A stretch of 64,000 nucleotides of DNA from Candidatus Obscuribacteraceae bacterium. GTDB taxonomy: Bacteria; Cyanobacteriota; Vampirovibrionia; Obscuribacterales; Obscuribacteraceae. The notes beneath the pieces were generated by a model, which did not search any database, had not been told where the DNA came from, and worked only from the letters and a program-made list of their open reading frames with translations. Both the position numbers and the translations under genes were made by a program. Shown here piece after piece: positions 20,101 through 29,972 of the stretch (positions are counted from its first letter, which is position 1; every line of letters starts with the position of its first letter). The DNA lies in contig JBGAHS010000007.1 in the NCBI GenBank assembly GCA_044226015.1, forward strand, positions 416,001-480,000. The letters are read 5' to 3'.

Positions 20101-23100
20101 GGGGGGGCATTCGCCGGTCAGATCATTATCGATGCAAATGGTGCTGGCGGTATAAAGCTCGATAAGGGGTCTGTATTGTCAATTTCTGATGGTACCGTAG
20201 GTGGTGGTTCTATTATCGTTACAACGCCAAGCACATTTGAAACCTCTTCATCATCACAAATCGTCGATGCCACTGGCAATCAGAATATGATTAAGTTCAC
20301 TGCTGGCAACTTCAAGTCTGGGGGCAGCTCTGTACTTCTCGATACTGCTTCGGACGCAGTGGGCGCATCTGGAGGCAACATATTCCTTGAGACCACTTCT
20401 ACTAAAGCCGGTGAAGGGTCTATAACAATTGGCTCTTTTGATTTCATTTTGAATAGTACAGCGGCAGCAAATTTCAATGGTGGTGATGGTGGAAATGTGA
20501 CTATCACTGCTACTGGCAACATAACTGTTGATGGGACTTTCGCGTCCTTGAAAGGTGGCGCTATTAGCGGTAGTACCGGCACCCTGACCTTGAAGGCTGG
20601 AATGAATCCGACTGGTCTTGCTAATGTTCTTGTCACCGGTACTCTCGATTTGAGTTCGATAAATGGTAAAGGTGGCTCTGTTTTCATTGAAAGTGGAACT
20701 AAGACACCTTTTCTTTTATCTTCAAACCCGACGGCAAGCGGATTCCAGGGAAGCACTGTAACCGTGTCTGGTAAGTCCGCAGCGGGCACTATTTCCATTC
20801 TCAATCGCAATGGCGCAATCACAGTGGAAAAAGGCTTTGTGCTAGATTTCGGAACATCAGGTGACGGTGGACATCTTGCCCTGGAGGCAAAGCTTGGCGA
20901 TATTAAGGTAACTGATACCATTAATGTCGAGGGGTCTGCTGGCACAGGTGGCAGTGCCTCTCTAATCGCGCGAGCAGGTAATGTCATTGTTCCAGGAAAT
21001 ATTTTTGCTTCTGGGTTCGCAGGTAACGGTGGCTCTGTAACTCTGATATCTAACAGCGCTTTGCCGTTTAACTTCACAAATGTCGCGCCGAAAAACGGTG
21101 TGCAATTTCCGATTGAAGTAAGCGGAGATTCTGCTGGCTCAATTTATGTAGAGAATCTCGGTAAGGGCGGTGTGTTTGTTAATGGTGGGGCATTCGTATT
21201 TGCAGCAAGTAAGGGAGACGGCGCCAAAATAGCCGTTAAGGCTACTGGAGGTGGCAACGCAACGGTACAGGCAGGTCTTGATGTAAGCTCAAGCAATACT
21301 GTTGGCACGAATGGTGGCAGTGTCGATTTAGCTGCTCCGTTTGGAACCGTTTTTGCGGCTGCCGGAATAGACGCTTCTAGCAAGAGTGGAGGTAATGGCG
21401 GTTCAATTTCCATTCTATCTAATAGCAGCAAAGCTCTGGTAATTGACTCCAGCAATCCGTCCAATGGAGTTAATGGCGCTCTCAATGTAAATGGTGTCAA
21501 TGCCGGAAGCATTAGTCTCAGCAACAAAGGCGTTGGTGGTATCACTATGACCAACGCTTCCAATTTACAATTTGCTGCTTCCAATGGAGATGGTGCTCGT
21601 CTCTCGTTTGACGCCGGCACGGGTAACCTTTACCTCAATTTCAATCTCTTCGCTGATGCTTCTAGCAGCAGTAAGAATGCCGGGAAAATAAGCATTATCA
21701 CGAACAGCGCCAAGCCGTTTATAATTGGTAATTCAACTCTAACTCAGGCGCAAGCACCAAATTCAGTCAATGACCTGAGTGCAAATGGAAAATCAGGACA
21801 GATTCAAATCACCAATCTTGGAAAAGGTGGTATCACGGTTTCGCCAGGGGCACTAATTCAATCAAACGATGCCATTGGTGGGGTTGGTGATGGAGGCGCA
21901 ATCGCGCTAAACGCGCCTGCTGGTGTGATGAATTTGGCGAACAACGCAACTATCCAGGCGAAGGGGGAAACTAAGGGTGGAATCATTAGGTTCAACGCTC
22001 AATCCTATATCTTCCAAGGAACACTAGTTGGACTCAAGCTCGATGCAAGCGGGCTGGATTATGGCGGTGTGGTTTCTGTTTACAGCACTGCCGCAAATAA
22101 GGCTCTGTCTCTTGGTCCAAATATTGGCCAATTTGATATCGATGTTAGCAGTGCAAATGCGCCCTTTGGAGGTCCGGGTTCCATTACGGCCAGTTCTGGC
22201 GGAAATCTGACTGTTGAGGGCTTCTCTAACAATTCGCTAGCTACAAAGCACGATGGTGCTTACTTAAGTTTCACAGCTGGTGCCGCTGGACTTGGTAATT
22301 TACTTGTGCTATCTAAATTAGATGCATCTGGCGTAGGCGGTGGTTCCGGTGGCAATGTTACTTTGATTTCCAACAGCGCCACACCATTCGTAGTTGACAA
22401 TGCCGCCACCGTAAATGGTATTGTTGGAATAATCGATATTAGCGGCGTTAATGGTGGCTCTCTAGGTATTAAGAATAGTGGTGATCTAACTATTAAAGAT
22501 GGCTCGAGAATTAGTGCTAATGCTTCCGGGTTAGCGCTTCCTGTTACACCTGGCACTGGTGCTGCGCTCGATTTCGAATCAACGAAAGGTAATTTCAACC
22601 TCCTCTCCAGCGTTCAATCTCAGGGACCTGCTTCAACTGGCATCGGTGGTACCATCATTGTCAACGCCGTAAAGTATACGTCGGCTCCTGGCGCGATTCT
22701 TTCTATCGACGCTGGTTCGGGCGGCACACTGCGAATCAATCAAAGTGATTCCAAAACTCCTTTGACGGTGGGAGCGTCCGTAATCGTTGCAAATCAGGTT
22801 GATTTTAAGGCAAGCTCGACATCAAATGTGGTGCTATCTGCAGTCAAGGGGATTGTGTTCAACAACAGTACAAGTAGCACACCCGGAACTCTAACTCTCA
22901 ATATTCTCGGTACCGCGGGTGGCAGTATCACAACGGTGGCTACCGGAGCTGTAGCTGCTGGCAAACTGATCATGAATGTAGGAACTGGAAACATTGGCTC
23001 TCTTACTGTCTCAAAGCCCATAGTGCCTGTACCGCTTTTGACTAGTGTTTCTGAATTGACCATAAAGACTTCAGGAAATGTGTACCTACAAAATAGCAAT

Positions 23101-26100
23101 CTCTCTATGGCTGTTCATGATATTAATCAGAATGCAGTCGGTAAAAATGTTGAGTTGTCTTCAAATGCCGATATAGACATTCAGGGAACAATATTGTCGA
23201 AGGGCAGTGTTGCTGTCACTCATACATCAACAGGTGCAATTTTCATAAATGGGTCTATTTTTGCTCCAAGTACCAGTCTGAAAGCAAATAATGGCTTCAT
23301 TGCTGGTAGTGGCGAAATTGGACAGGCTAACTCCACCGTAACCCTTGAAGCCAATCAGATCGGTGCCGTTTTCACACCGATTGTTACCTTAACTCCATCG
23401 TTAACACTGAATGGCAACACTAATACTGATGCTTATGTGACTAACATTGGAACCATAAAATCATTGAATGTGAGCGGACTTTCCTCTCTTCATTTGAATG
23501 TCGATGGCTCGATCAACACCAGTAGTGTTATAAGCGCAAATGGTGATGTGAGCCTCAGTACATTCGGCTCTGGTGGTGGTGGCATAATTGTTAACAACAA
23601 TATTACTGGGGGTGATGTTAGCCTATCCACCCAGTTCAGCGGCAGCATTTACGTTCTTCCTTCCGCCTCGATAACCGGCGTGAAATCTGTATCTCTTTCG
23701 AGCATCTACGGAAATATTGGAACCGTAAGCACTCCTGTGAAAGTTGTTTGCAATACCGGCGCTGTTGCGTTTAACACGGGGGGAGCAGGCACAGTAAATG
23801 TGGCGCTGACAAACACGAATGTGGTTAACGTCAATAAGAGTACATCTGGTGGTGATTTCAAGCTGACCTCCTCCAGCGCGCTAAACATTGCGGGTGATCT
23901 CACAGCTAGAAGCGGCAGCATCACAATCATTTCTCAAGACGAAACCGATATTGCAAGTAATGTGCATTTGTTTGCTGGTGCTGGTGACATGTCACTTCAA
24001 GTAAATAATCCGGCTGGAGCAATAATTGTTGGCTCAAGTGCTTCGATCGTAGCTAACGGGAATGTGACATTACTGGTTGGAAAATTATCCACTCCTGGCA
24101 TCGGTTCAACACAGGGCAACATCGTTGTGACAGCAAACAGCCCATACAACGTGTTCTTCAACAATACCGATATAACAGCCAATATGCCTTCCAATAACCT
24201 TTCCGCCCTCGGAAATAATGTTATTCTCCAAGCCAACGGCGTCCCGAACATTACTTTGGATGGTGGCGTAGCTATTACTGCGAACGGCTCAGTAGCCAAA
24301 TTAGACAGCCTGGACCTCTCTAGTAAATCGGTTTCTGCTGTAATCAGCAAAGCCATCACTAATCCAAACTCTGGCATTAGTTCTCCAAATCTTGTGCTGT
24401 CTAATGGCGTTATCGTCAGTGGAGACCTTTTCATCACTAACTCAGTTAACTTGACTGGCTTAACTGGTCTAAATATTCCGGCCAAGGTAAAAGTGCATTT
24501 CGTTGATTTCGACAACACAAATCCCATCGGAGTTCAAATCGCTCCTGGGAAGAATCCAAATCCTATAGTAAATGGAAGTATCTCGTTCGAAAAAGGAGCT
24601 CAGCAAATTTCAGGAGATGCCCTGCTCTTTGTTAATTCTGAGGTGCCAGGAACGGTGTTCACCGCTGCCAAGACTTCTACGATCAGCAGTGACCAGAGTC
24701 TTTCGATGTTTGTTGGTGGTGACTCCAGTTTTGCGGGCGCAATCAATGCACCAGCGCTGGTGTCAGTGACTGGAACTGCTGGTAACAACTACAAGACCTC
24801 TGCCACCACTGGAACCTTAAGCGGCTCGATAAACTGGGCTGCTGCCGTTAACAACGGACCTACAGATGGGTTTGGGGCTACATTCTTATCTACCACCGCT
24901 GGCTTATACCTCACTGGCGGTTCGCTGCTGACTCATACATTGAGTTTGACTGCTAGCGGAACAAACAACATAACTCAAAAGAGTGGCACAATTAACGTGG
25001 GTAATCTACTGCTTGAGTCCGGTGAACTGGGCGCTAGTTTCAGTACTGCAAAAAATGCAGTTATTGCAAAGAACGCCGTTCTGAGTTCTGGTGACTCAGC
25101 TCTTGCAAATGTCTCTATCAATTTCTCCTCGCCAATAACTCTGGTTGGTGCTGATGTTGGTGGAACACTTCGTGTATTTGATGATGCAAAAGTTGCTGCC
25201 GGAGCTTCGATCATTCGTACAGCTGGTAGCGACGTTAATTGCGGAAGCTGTACATTCCTCACCAGTCATTTAACCGCCAACTCGAATATAAATGCGACTG
25301 GTCTGAATGGAACAATAAGCATCAGTCCAGCCAATGCTGCTGACGCTTTGACAGTGGATGGTGATAAGGCGATTCATGCAGTGGCTGGGCTGACAGTTAC
25401 TCAGACATCAAGCAAGGCTCCGATGACAATTATGGGTACGAATGACCCCGGGACCATCATCATTTTCATCGCTCTACCGAGTGGGCTTTCGCTGCTAACT
25501 GATAGCGGCACTTTGAACATCAATTCAAAAGGAGATGCGAATCTCACCGCGTTTTTCGGTGCTGGCATTCAGAATGGCTATTTTTCCGGCACAGTAAATC
25601 CTGACCAGATAGTTTCCTCTGGCAATGTAAAAATCGATGTCTCAGGGAAGTTGACATTTGGCACTCTGAACCCTATAGCTGCTGTTAATGGCACAAATAT
25701 AGTGAGCGCTGGTGGCAGCACTGTGGTGACAGGTTCCACCATTAATTTCACCGGTGGAAACAGTACCTTCACAGCGCTTGGAGCGAACCTTCAAATTCTG
25801 AGCAAAGGCAATATCGGTTCTGATACAATCGTGCCTAACGGATTTTTCGTTGCTGCTCAGGGAACCAATGCAACAAACAGCGTTGGTGGCGGATTGCAGA
25901 TCAGCGCAGGAACGCCAGCTAGCAGTTTAAATGCTGCGATGGCCTTGCCACCACAGACAAGACCACTCACGCCTCTGGGACCTTTCGTTAGTGACCAGAG
26001 CATCAATGGTGTGCTTAAAGTGAATAGGTTGGGAACCGGAATTGTTGATTTAGGCGCTGGTCCAATCAATTTGATTACAAATGGTGGCGCTATATTGTTC

Positions 26101-26265
26101 GATGCCTCATCTAAGCAATTGAGGTTGAATGGTGGCACATTCCGAACTGATGCATTCGCTCCAATAGGGTTCCAGTCATTGATTAAGAGTCAGTCGGCAG
26201 AAGTGGAAGAAGAAGTTGTAGTCAATTCTGACGATGGACTCGAAGACGATTTGCAGTCGCTCTAA
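17155..26265 (+). CDS. Giant (3036 aa) secreted filamentous-haemagglutinin-like beta-helical surface protein, paralog of 4504..13701
   Basis: Signal peptide ending AAFA|E. N-domain SYNL..PG.M.TPAE.VA..QVL..GKQTI shared with the paralog. Same low-complexity repeats. Confidence 0.8.
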   Translation: MTTRGKKLAAKKASRAFEKPVLLAMSGGLVLSGFMQAAFAETSYNLNSTSTTVNSSNQNPVVINIGGVRHNISPGSMVTPAEMVAINQVLGTGKQTIVLGAQGNAVGGRMNVGVDIGASLGNLAVPHNVTALANFSTQSNFNLTGDLSNAGRFYAYSNNSAVNAAVINAANIFNLPGGIISSVVPGSLLGITGAVHPLSLVMNTSGVINNAGLISSSAGLTMNAAGGIVNALPSGVTGIAPSMVAATNLTMLASNIVNSGIINAVAGNINVATVVPANIQFNNARGILSALNGAINIRDNSFAGKENFSLLGGDVLSNSLNVFEGCGSANINVNNLTGIVNVDAGEAHVTASTSNLQLGTMRITGDPTFFNLAGDVQLNGDISTSGNALAIVASGDITSSKASLTIDTSSGTADSGALIMVAGANATLDPVANAGQIDNDSTSTLTIQGPSASGGSIDLGSTAVTVYTLASSSFQPGSVKLIAFAGANRLTGRVDMPNSTIDSSGGPVSTSTGSVTVLAAANSGTGVSLNSVKASGAITIMTQAPSIAADIIDGVVTGTIESGKFSNSSVSVGNLETANGANSILIYAGQDVTFNSTDVKTDQGSVGVFAGRNIGSSTLINVTSVGVSAGLPGTITMAAGVKAGEPQSSPAFDELYIDGPSLSGGSINLTALKSMNASGGGSSPILLLANQGLSSGSGRVLMPLATVSSADVSGGNQIAIIAGSKTAGSDAITIGSLNANGSTAANSMTTYILTGQQSSPIDYLTYQDTALPDVNRNGKGDVSLGNVTAGNVDIFSGGKVNAGKITAFEGKVMLTAGGVATISDIDVSSSSVAAGEIDISVASLSNSVNSTFNASGFGGGIINIETTDQTQPLVFGTGSNQFKLDVTNNDVVGASQVTIKAAGNLVIDANTFVATSKGDGATLDLSAGNRGQGLLLITNPLSATGGNPGGTGGTVKLSSNSPTPFSIGGFVFTNGVAAVNTRGGAFAGQIIIDANGAGGIKLDKGSVLSISDGTVGGGSIIVTTPSTFETSSSSQIVDATGNQNMIKFTAGNFKSGGSSVLLDTASDAVGASGGNIFLETTSTKAGEGSITIGSFDFILNSTAAANFNGGDGGNVTITATGNITVDGTFASLKGGAISGSTGTLTLKAGMNPTGLANVLVTGTLDLSSINGKGGSVFIESGTKTPFLLSSNPTASGFQGSTVTVSGKSAAGTISILNRNGAITVEKGFVLDFGTSGDGGHLALEAKLGDIKVTDTINVEGSAGTGGSASLIARAGNVIVPGNIFASGFAGNGGSVTLISNSALPFNFTNVAPKNGVQFPIEVSGDSAGSIYVENLGKGGVFVNGGAFVFAASKGDGAKIAVKATGGGNATVQAGLDVSSSNTVGTNGGSVDLAAPFGTVFAAAGIDASSKSGGNGGSISILSNSSKALVIDSSNPSNGVNGALNVNGVNAGSISLSNKGVGGITMTNASNLQFAASNGDGARLSFDAGTGNLYLNFNLFADASSSSKNAGKISIITNSAKPFIIGNSTLTQAQAPNSVNDLSANGKSGQIQITNLGKGGITVSPGALIQSNDAIGGVGDGGAIALNAPAGVMNLANNATIQAKGETKGGIIRFNAQSYIFQGTLVGLKLDASGLDYGGVVSVYSTAANKALSLGPNIGQFDIDVSSANAPFGGPGSITASSGGNLTVEGFSNNSLATKHDGAYLSFTAGAAGLGNLLVLSKLDASGVGGGSGGNVTLISNSATPFVVDNAATVNGIVGIIDISGVNGGSLGIKNSGDLTIKDGSRISANASGLALPVTPGTGAALDFESTKGNFNLLSSVQSQGPASTGIGGTIIVNAVKYTSAPGAILSIDAGSGGTLRINQSDSKTPLTVGASVIVANQVDFKASSTSNVVLSAVKGIVFNNSTSSTPGTLTLNILGTAGGSITTVATGAVAAGKLIMNVGTGNIGSLTVSKPIVPVPLLTSVSELTIKTSGNVYLQNSNLSMAVHDINQNAVGKNVELSSNADIDIQGTILSKGSVAVTHTSTGAIFINGSIFAPSTSLKANNGFIAGSGEIGQANSTVTLEANQIGAVFTPIVTLTPSLTLNGNTNTDAYVTNIGTIKSLNVSGLSSLHLNVDGSINTSSVISANGDVSLSTFGSGGGGIIVNNNITGGDVSLSTQFSGSIYVLPSASITGVKSVSLSSIYGNIGTVSTPVKVVCNTGAVAFNTGGAGTVNVALTNTNVVNVNKSTSGGDFKLTSSSALNIAGDLTARSGSITIISQDETDIASNVHLFAGAGDMSLQVNNPAGAIIVGSSASIVANGNVTLLVGKLSTPGIGSTQGNIVVTANSPYNVFFNNTDITANMPSNNLSALGNNVILQANGVPNITLDGGVAITANGSVAKLDSLDLSSKSVSAVISKAITNPNSGISSPNLVLSNGVIVSGDLFITNSVNLTGLTGLNIPAKVKVHFVDFDNTNPIGVQIAPGKNPNPIVNGSISFEKGAQQISGDALLFVNSEVPGTVFTAAKTSTISSDQSLSMFVGGDSSFAGAINAPALVSVTGTAGNNYKTSATTGTLSGSINWAAAVNNGPTDGFGATFLSTTAGLYLTGGSLLTHTLSLTASGTNNITQKSGTINVGNLLLESGELGASFSTAKNAVIAKNAVLSSGDSALANVSINFSSPITLVGADVGGTLRVFDDAKVAAGASIIRTAGSDVNCGSCTFLTSHLTANSNINATGLNGTISISPANAADALTVDGDKAIHAVAGLTVTQTSSKAPMTIMGTNDPGTIIIFIALPSGLSLLTDSGTLNINSKGDANLTAFFGAGIQNGYFSGTVNPDQIVSSGNVKIDVSGKLTFGTLNPIAAVNGTNIVSAGGSTVVTGSTINFTGGNSTFTALGANLQILSKGNIGSDTIVPNGFFVAAQGTNATNSVGGGLQISAGTPASSLNAAMALPPQTRPLTPLGPFVSDQSINGVLKVNRLGTGIVDLGAGPINLITNGGAILFDASSKQLRLNGGTFRTDAFAPIGFQSLIKSQSAEVEEEVVVNSDDGLEDDLQSL

Positions 26266-26292
26266 GCTCAAGGCGCCAAGCAAACCTAACCA

Positions 26293-26320
26293 GGTACCAT
26301 GGGGAAAACTTCATGGTACC
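26293..26320. terminator. Inverted repeat between convergent genes, probable terminator
   Basis: ggtaccatg...catggtacc stem, 28 nt after the stop of the giant gene. Confidence 0.5.
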
Positions 26321-26336
26321 ATTCATTAGCTTGTGG

Positions 26337-27158
26337 CTAATTCTCTGGTATCAGCATGCTCAAGTTGTGAGCATTCAGGAATTTTACAAAGCTCTCCTTG
26401 AGATTCTTCCCTCTGAATGTGTTGACCACGCTAAATGGTTGGACCATTTCCTCTTCTACCGAGCACTTTTCTAACTCGGTGTTTACTCTCCCGTGTTGAC
26501 TAAAACCTTGAATAATGCAGTCACCACGTGCGATACCGTCTCCTACAGGAAAGTATCGGTCAAATTCTTCTTGTCTTGCCGTTCGAATTATCTTCCCCGT
26601 TTTGTCGTCAACATCAACATTGGTTGAACATATTTTGACGCAGTACTCTTTCTCATTCATGGTCACAGGCTCGTATCTGTTTATCATCTTGTATTGACTA
26701 TAGCCGTCCAACGAAATCTTCGTAATCTTAGGCCAGCTGACATGGTGCCAGATATTTCCATGCTTATCCTTCTGCATTCCATAGACGTGGTCAGCCTTAC
26801 TGATGGATTCGACATCACCATTTTGGGTGTGATTAATCTGTTTCTCCCGGTGAAAGTGTCCGGCTCGCCATGATGGAATTTTGTACCAGGTGTCTTCGTT
26901 ATCCTCGACGGGAAGCGTAACAGAGCTGAACAATTTGTGCGGCTTGAGTTCGGGTCCTACCGGGCTCACTGTTTCATCGAATTTTAGTCCGGCTGGAATT
27001 TTTGAATTCCCTTCTTCGTCCAGCATGGCATCACCAGCTAAGGGCGGTCTAGTATCGTGTTGAACAGTGCCCTTCAAAGGCTCTGCGCCGAGCGCAAAGT
27101 GCGCCTGCGAAAGTACTAATATCGCAACATAAGTCGGTGTAGAAAGGTGTTTTGTCAT
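26337..27158 (-). CDS. Hypothetical secreted protein
   Basis: 273-aa ORF with signal peptide (..SQAHFALG|AE) and natural composition. No family recognised. Confidence 0.7.
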   Translation of the reverse strand: MTKHLSTPTYVAILVLSQAHFALGAEPLKGTVQHDTRPPLAGDAMLDEEGNSKIPAGLKFDETVSPVGPELKPHKLFSSVTLPVEDNEDTWYKIPSWRAGHFHREKQINHTQNGDVESISKADHVYGMQKDKHGNIWHHVSWPKITKISLDGYSQYKMINRYEPVTMNEKEYCVKICSTNVDVDDKTGKIIRTARQEEFDRYFPVGDGIARGDCIIQGFSQHGRVNTELEKCSVEEEMVQPFSVVNTFRGKNLKESFVKFLNAHNLSMLIPEN

Positions 27159-27275
27159 GTCTTTTGCTGGCAGGTGGTTTCTAAGTAGCTTGAACTAGTG
27201 AATAATTTTATCACCTCGTTTATTATGGAGCTGTGACCGTACCTACGCCGGAAAATCGGTTTCGGAGGGGGAGAT

Positions 27276-29972
27276 TTGTACACACCCAAGATCGGTCAGG
27301 TCTTCCAAGATAAATATCGAATACTCTCGCAGCTAGGTGCCGGCGGCATGGGGCTCGTCATGCGTGCCGAACAACTTGGTGTTGGTCGAATTGTAGCCTT
27401 GAAGTTTCTAAAAGAGTCTCGCCTCGAAGACCCTGAAAACGTCGAACGTTTTTACCGTGAATGCAAGTTGCTATCGACTCTTTCTCACCCGGGCTTGATG
27501 ATGGTGTATGGAATGGCGCTTGCCGATGAATCCACTCCGTACGCCGTTTGTGAATATATTGATGGAAAAAGTCTTTCCGCTGTATTGTCAGAAGAGGGCT
27601 CGTTGCACTGGGAAAGAGCTGTCAAAATCGCTATTCAGATTGCGGAAGCCATGGGCTATGCACACGATTGTGGTGTGATACACCGAGATCTAAAGCCTGA
27701 CAATATTCTTCTCTTATCCACTCCAGAGCCTGATTTTGTGAAGTTAATCGATTTTGGTTTGGCGAAAGCTATGATTGAATCGCAAAGCCTAATGAAGCTG
27801 ACACAAACAGGACAGCTTGTTGGCACTGCGAACTATATGAGTCCAGAAATTGTGAGTTCTCATGCCGATCAACGATCGGACATTTATTCTCTGGGCTGCG
27901 TAATGTTTGAAATGATCTCCGGTGAACCCTTGTTCACTGCTGATTCTGCAATGGGTGTGATATTTAAGCACTGCAATGAAAATGAAAACACGCGTGTGTC
28001 TCAGGGTCTAGCGGGCAAGGCACCAGCAGGGTTTCATAAAATCATTAGCCGAATGCTCAAGAAAGATCCGAAGCTGCGATATAAGAACATGCGTGAGCTA
28101 CTTTCCGATCTTAAAGCGCTGCCACACAATTCTCAACAGCTTTCCGGACATCACCTTTTTCCCTGGAAGGTGATAGCTAGTCTTGCCATATTATTGCTTG
28201 TTGCATATGCTGTTTTTTCTCAATTCATCAGCAGCAAAACCCGACCAGTAGCCAATAAATACTACAACAACTATAAAAAATCGACCTTGCCTAAGAATGG
28301 TGATTCGATGGCTGAGTTGCTCAATAGTCAAAAGAGCAATCAAGCGGCCCTTGAGTTGTCACAACAATGGCTGGACAACAATTTTGATCGAGCAACTGTC
28401 CGAGATATAGACAAGCTTAGAGTATTGTATTTACATACTGATCTTGAGTTCAGGTCTGCAAAAGTCGACCCTGTTTCTACTTTGAAAGAACTTCGTGAGA
28501 TGGAACGCCTGCTTGATTTGCCGAGCATTGTTGCTAATAAAGACAGCAAAGAACTGATCGCAATTGAGCACAATTTTGTGGTGCAAAGATTGCTGTTCTT
28601 TTTCCAGACAAAGGAGTCCATTCAAAGAGCGAAGACTTTTTTGAGTCGTATCTCTAACGTTGAGGACTTGATTGATTCCGGTGGGGCTGTGCAGCAGACC
28701 GTCAAGCAACTTATCGCTCTTGGAGAATTCGAAGAAGCCAGCGCATTTGATTCAAAATGGCTTCGATATTATTTGAAGAACCCTAATGTCCGTCCAAGCC
28801 AGTGGTACTTCACAAACATGGGTGACATAGCACTTTGTCAAAAAGATTATGCAGCTGCTAAATCGTTTTACATGACTGCTTATCGCAATTCTCTTGTACG
28901 AATTGAAGGAATCAATACCAACGCTGTCACGGAAGCTTACATGGCATCTGAATTAGGTGTTGAAGCAAGATCGAGGGTACGTGTTTTTGAGGACGAAATA
29001 CTACAAGGGCTGCCTGAACTCGCCTACAGAGTTTACTTCTTTGACAAAAGTAAGGGACGCCAACTATTCAAACATGGTTTTCAGCTGATGCAGATTGCAG
29101 ATGAATCTAACAGCGATGTGTTTACTTACATGGATAGTGACAGTTTGTCTCGTCTTGCCAGCTTTATGGGGCTAAGCGATGTAGCTGCAAAAATTTTAGA
29201 GCGGAGCGTTGATATTCCATTTCTTTCCGGGCACGGTGCAGCGGAACCACAGACCGTATTCGAAAGGCAGGTTGCACTAGTCGAAGCCTTGGTTGATCTG
29301 GGCAAGCTTGATCTTGCTAAAAGTGATTTTGAAAAATACAAGAATGGACTGATGACGGCGTTTCCTTCTCCGGAAGTGCGTCCTGCGCTTGTGTCTAGTT
29401 TTGCAGCCAGAGTAGCGAGTAAACTCTGCGAACGGGGCAGGAAAAAGGAAGCGGAGTATTATTATACTGTGGCGAAGGAATTCTTTGCTCTGAGTGAATT
29501 AAAAACAGTCGGATGCCTAGCTGATATGGCAGCTGTTCAGTTTGCAATGGGCAATCAGCAAGACGCAGGGAAGAGTTTGAATCTTGCTATCGCTGCTATT
29601 CCTGATTATTCTTTGAGAATTTGTACAACTCCTGGTGTAGATAACGTTATAGATATTAGTAGGCTTGCAGCGGCTGCGATCAGATGCGACAGGGCAAATC
29701 TTTTAGACGAGATGCTCAACTTAAAACAAGTAAAAAATGACTGCAGAGGCATTTCCGAGCCAGTTCTGCTATTTGCAGGTGGTAAGGAATTTTATAAATT
29801 TGGAAATTCATACAAGGCTGCGTCTTGTATGGGCAAAGCGAGCGAACTTCTTTTAGGACGCGATTCGATGATAATCGGACTTGTCCATTGCCTCGGACTT
29901 CAGGTTCAGGCTCGACTTTTCCTCCAGCTTTTCGAAAGCTCGAAGCAAAATCTGAAAGTTAAGGGGTCTTAG
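27276..29972 (+). CDS. Hanks-type Ser/Thr protein kinase with TM helix and TPR-like C-terminal region
   Basis: LGAGGMG, VALK, HRDLKPDN, DFG, GTANYMSPE, SDIYSLG all intact. TM segment VIASLAILLLVAYAVF. TTG start after GGAGGGGGAG. Confidence 0.92.
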   Translation: MYTPKIGQVFQDKYRILSQLGAGGMGLVMRAEQLGVGRIVALKFLKESRLEDPENVERFYRECKLLSTLSHPGLMMVYGMALADESTPYAVCEYIDGKSLSAVLSEEGSLHWERAVKIAIQIAEAMGYAHDCGVIHRDLKPDNILLLSTPEPDFVKLIDFGLAKAMIESQSLMKLTQTGQLVGTANYMSPEIVSSHADQRSDIYSLGCVMFEMISGEPLFTADSAMGVIFKHCNENENTRVSQGLAGKAPAGFHKIISRMLKKDPKLRYKNMRELLSDLKALPHNSQQLSGHHLFPWKVIASLAILLLVAYAVFSQFISSKTRPVANKYYNNYKKSTLPKNGDSMAELLNSQKSNQAALELSQQWLDNNFDRATVRDIDKLRVLYLHTDLEFRSAKVDPVSTLKELREMERLLDLPSIVANKDSKELIAIEHNFVVQRLLFFFQTKESIQRAKTFLSRISNVEDLIDSGGAVQQTVKQLIALGEFEEASAFDSKWLRYYLKNPNVRPSQWYFTNMGDIALCQKDYAAAKSFYMTAYRNSLVRIEGINTNAVTEAYMASELGVEARSRVRVFEDEILQGLPELAYRVYFFDKSKGRQLFKHGFQLMQIADESNSDVFTYMDSDSLSRLASFMGLSDVAAKILERSVDIPFLSGHGAAEPQTVFERQVALVEALVDLGKLDLAKSDFEKYKNGLMTAFPSPEVRPALVSSFAARVASKLCERGRKKEAEYYYTVAKEFFALSELKTVGCLADMAAVQFAMGNQQDAGKSLNLAIAAIPDYSLRICTTPGVDNVIDISRLAAAAIRCDRANLLDEMLNLKQVKNDCRGISEPVLLFAGGKEFYKFGNSYKAASCMGKASELLLGRDSMIIGLVHCLGLQVQARLFLQLFESSKQNLKVKGS

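Noticed and set aside
4889..26138. Dozens of 60-300 aa ORFs antisense to the two giant genes
   Set aside because: Shadow frames of Gly/Ser/Thr/Asn-rich coding sequence (Pro/Leu/Val-rich mirror composition) with no independent motifs
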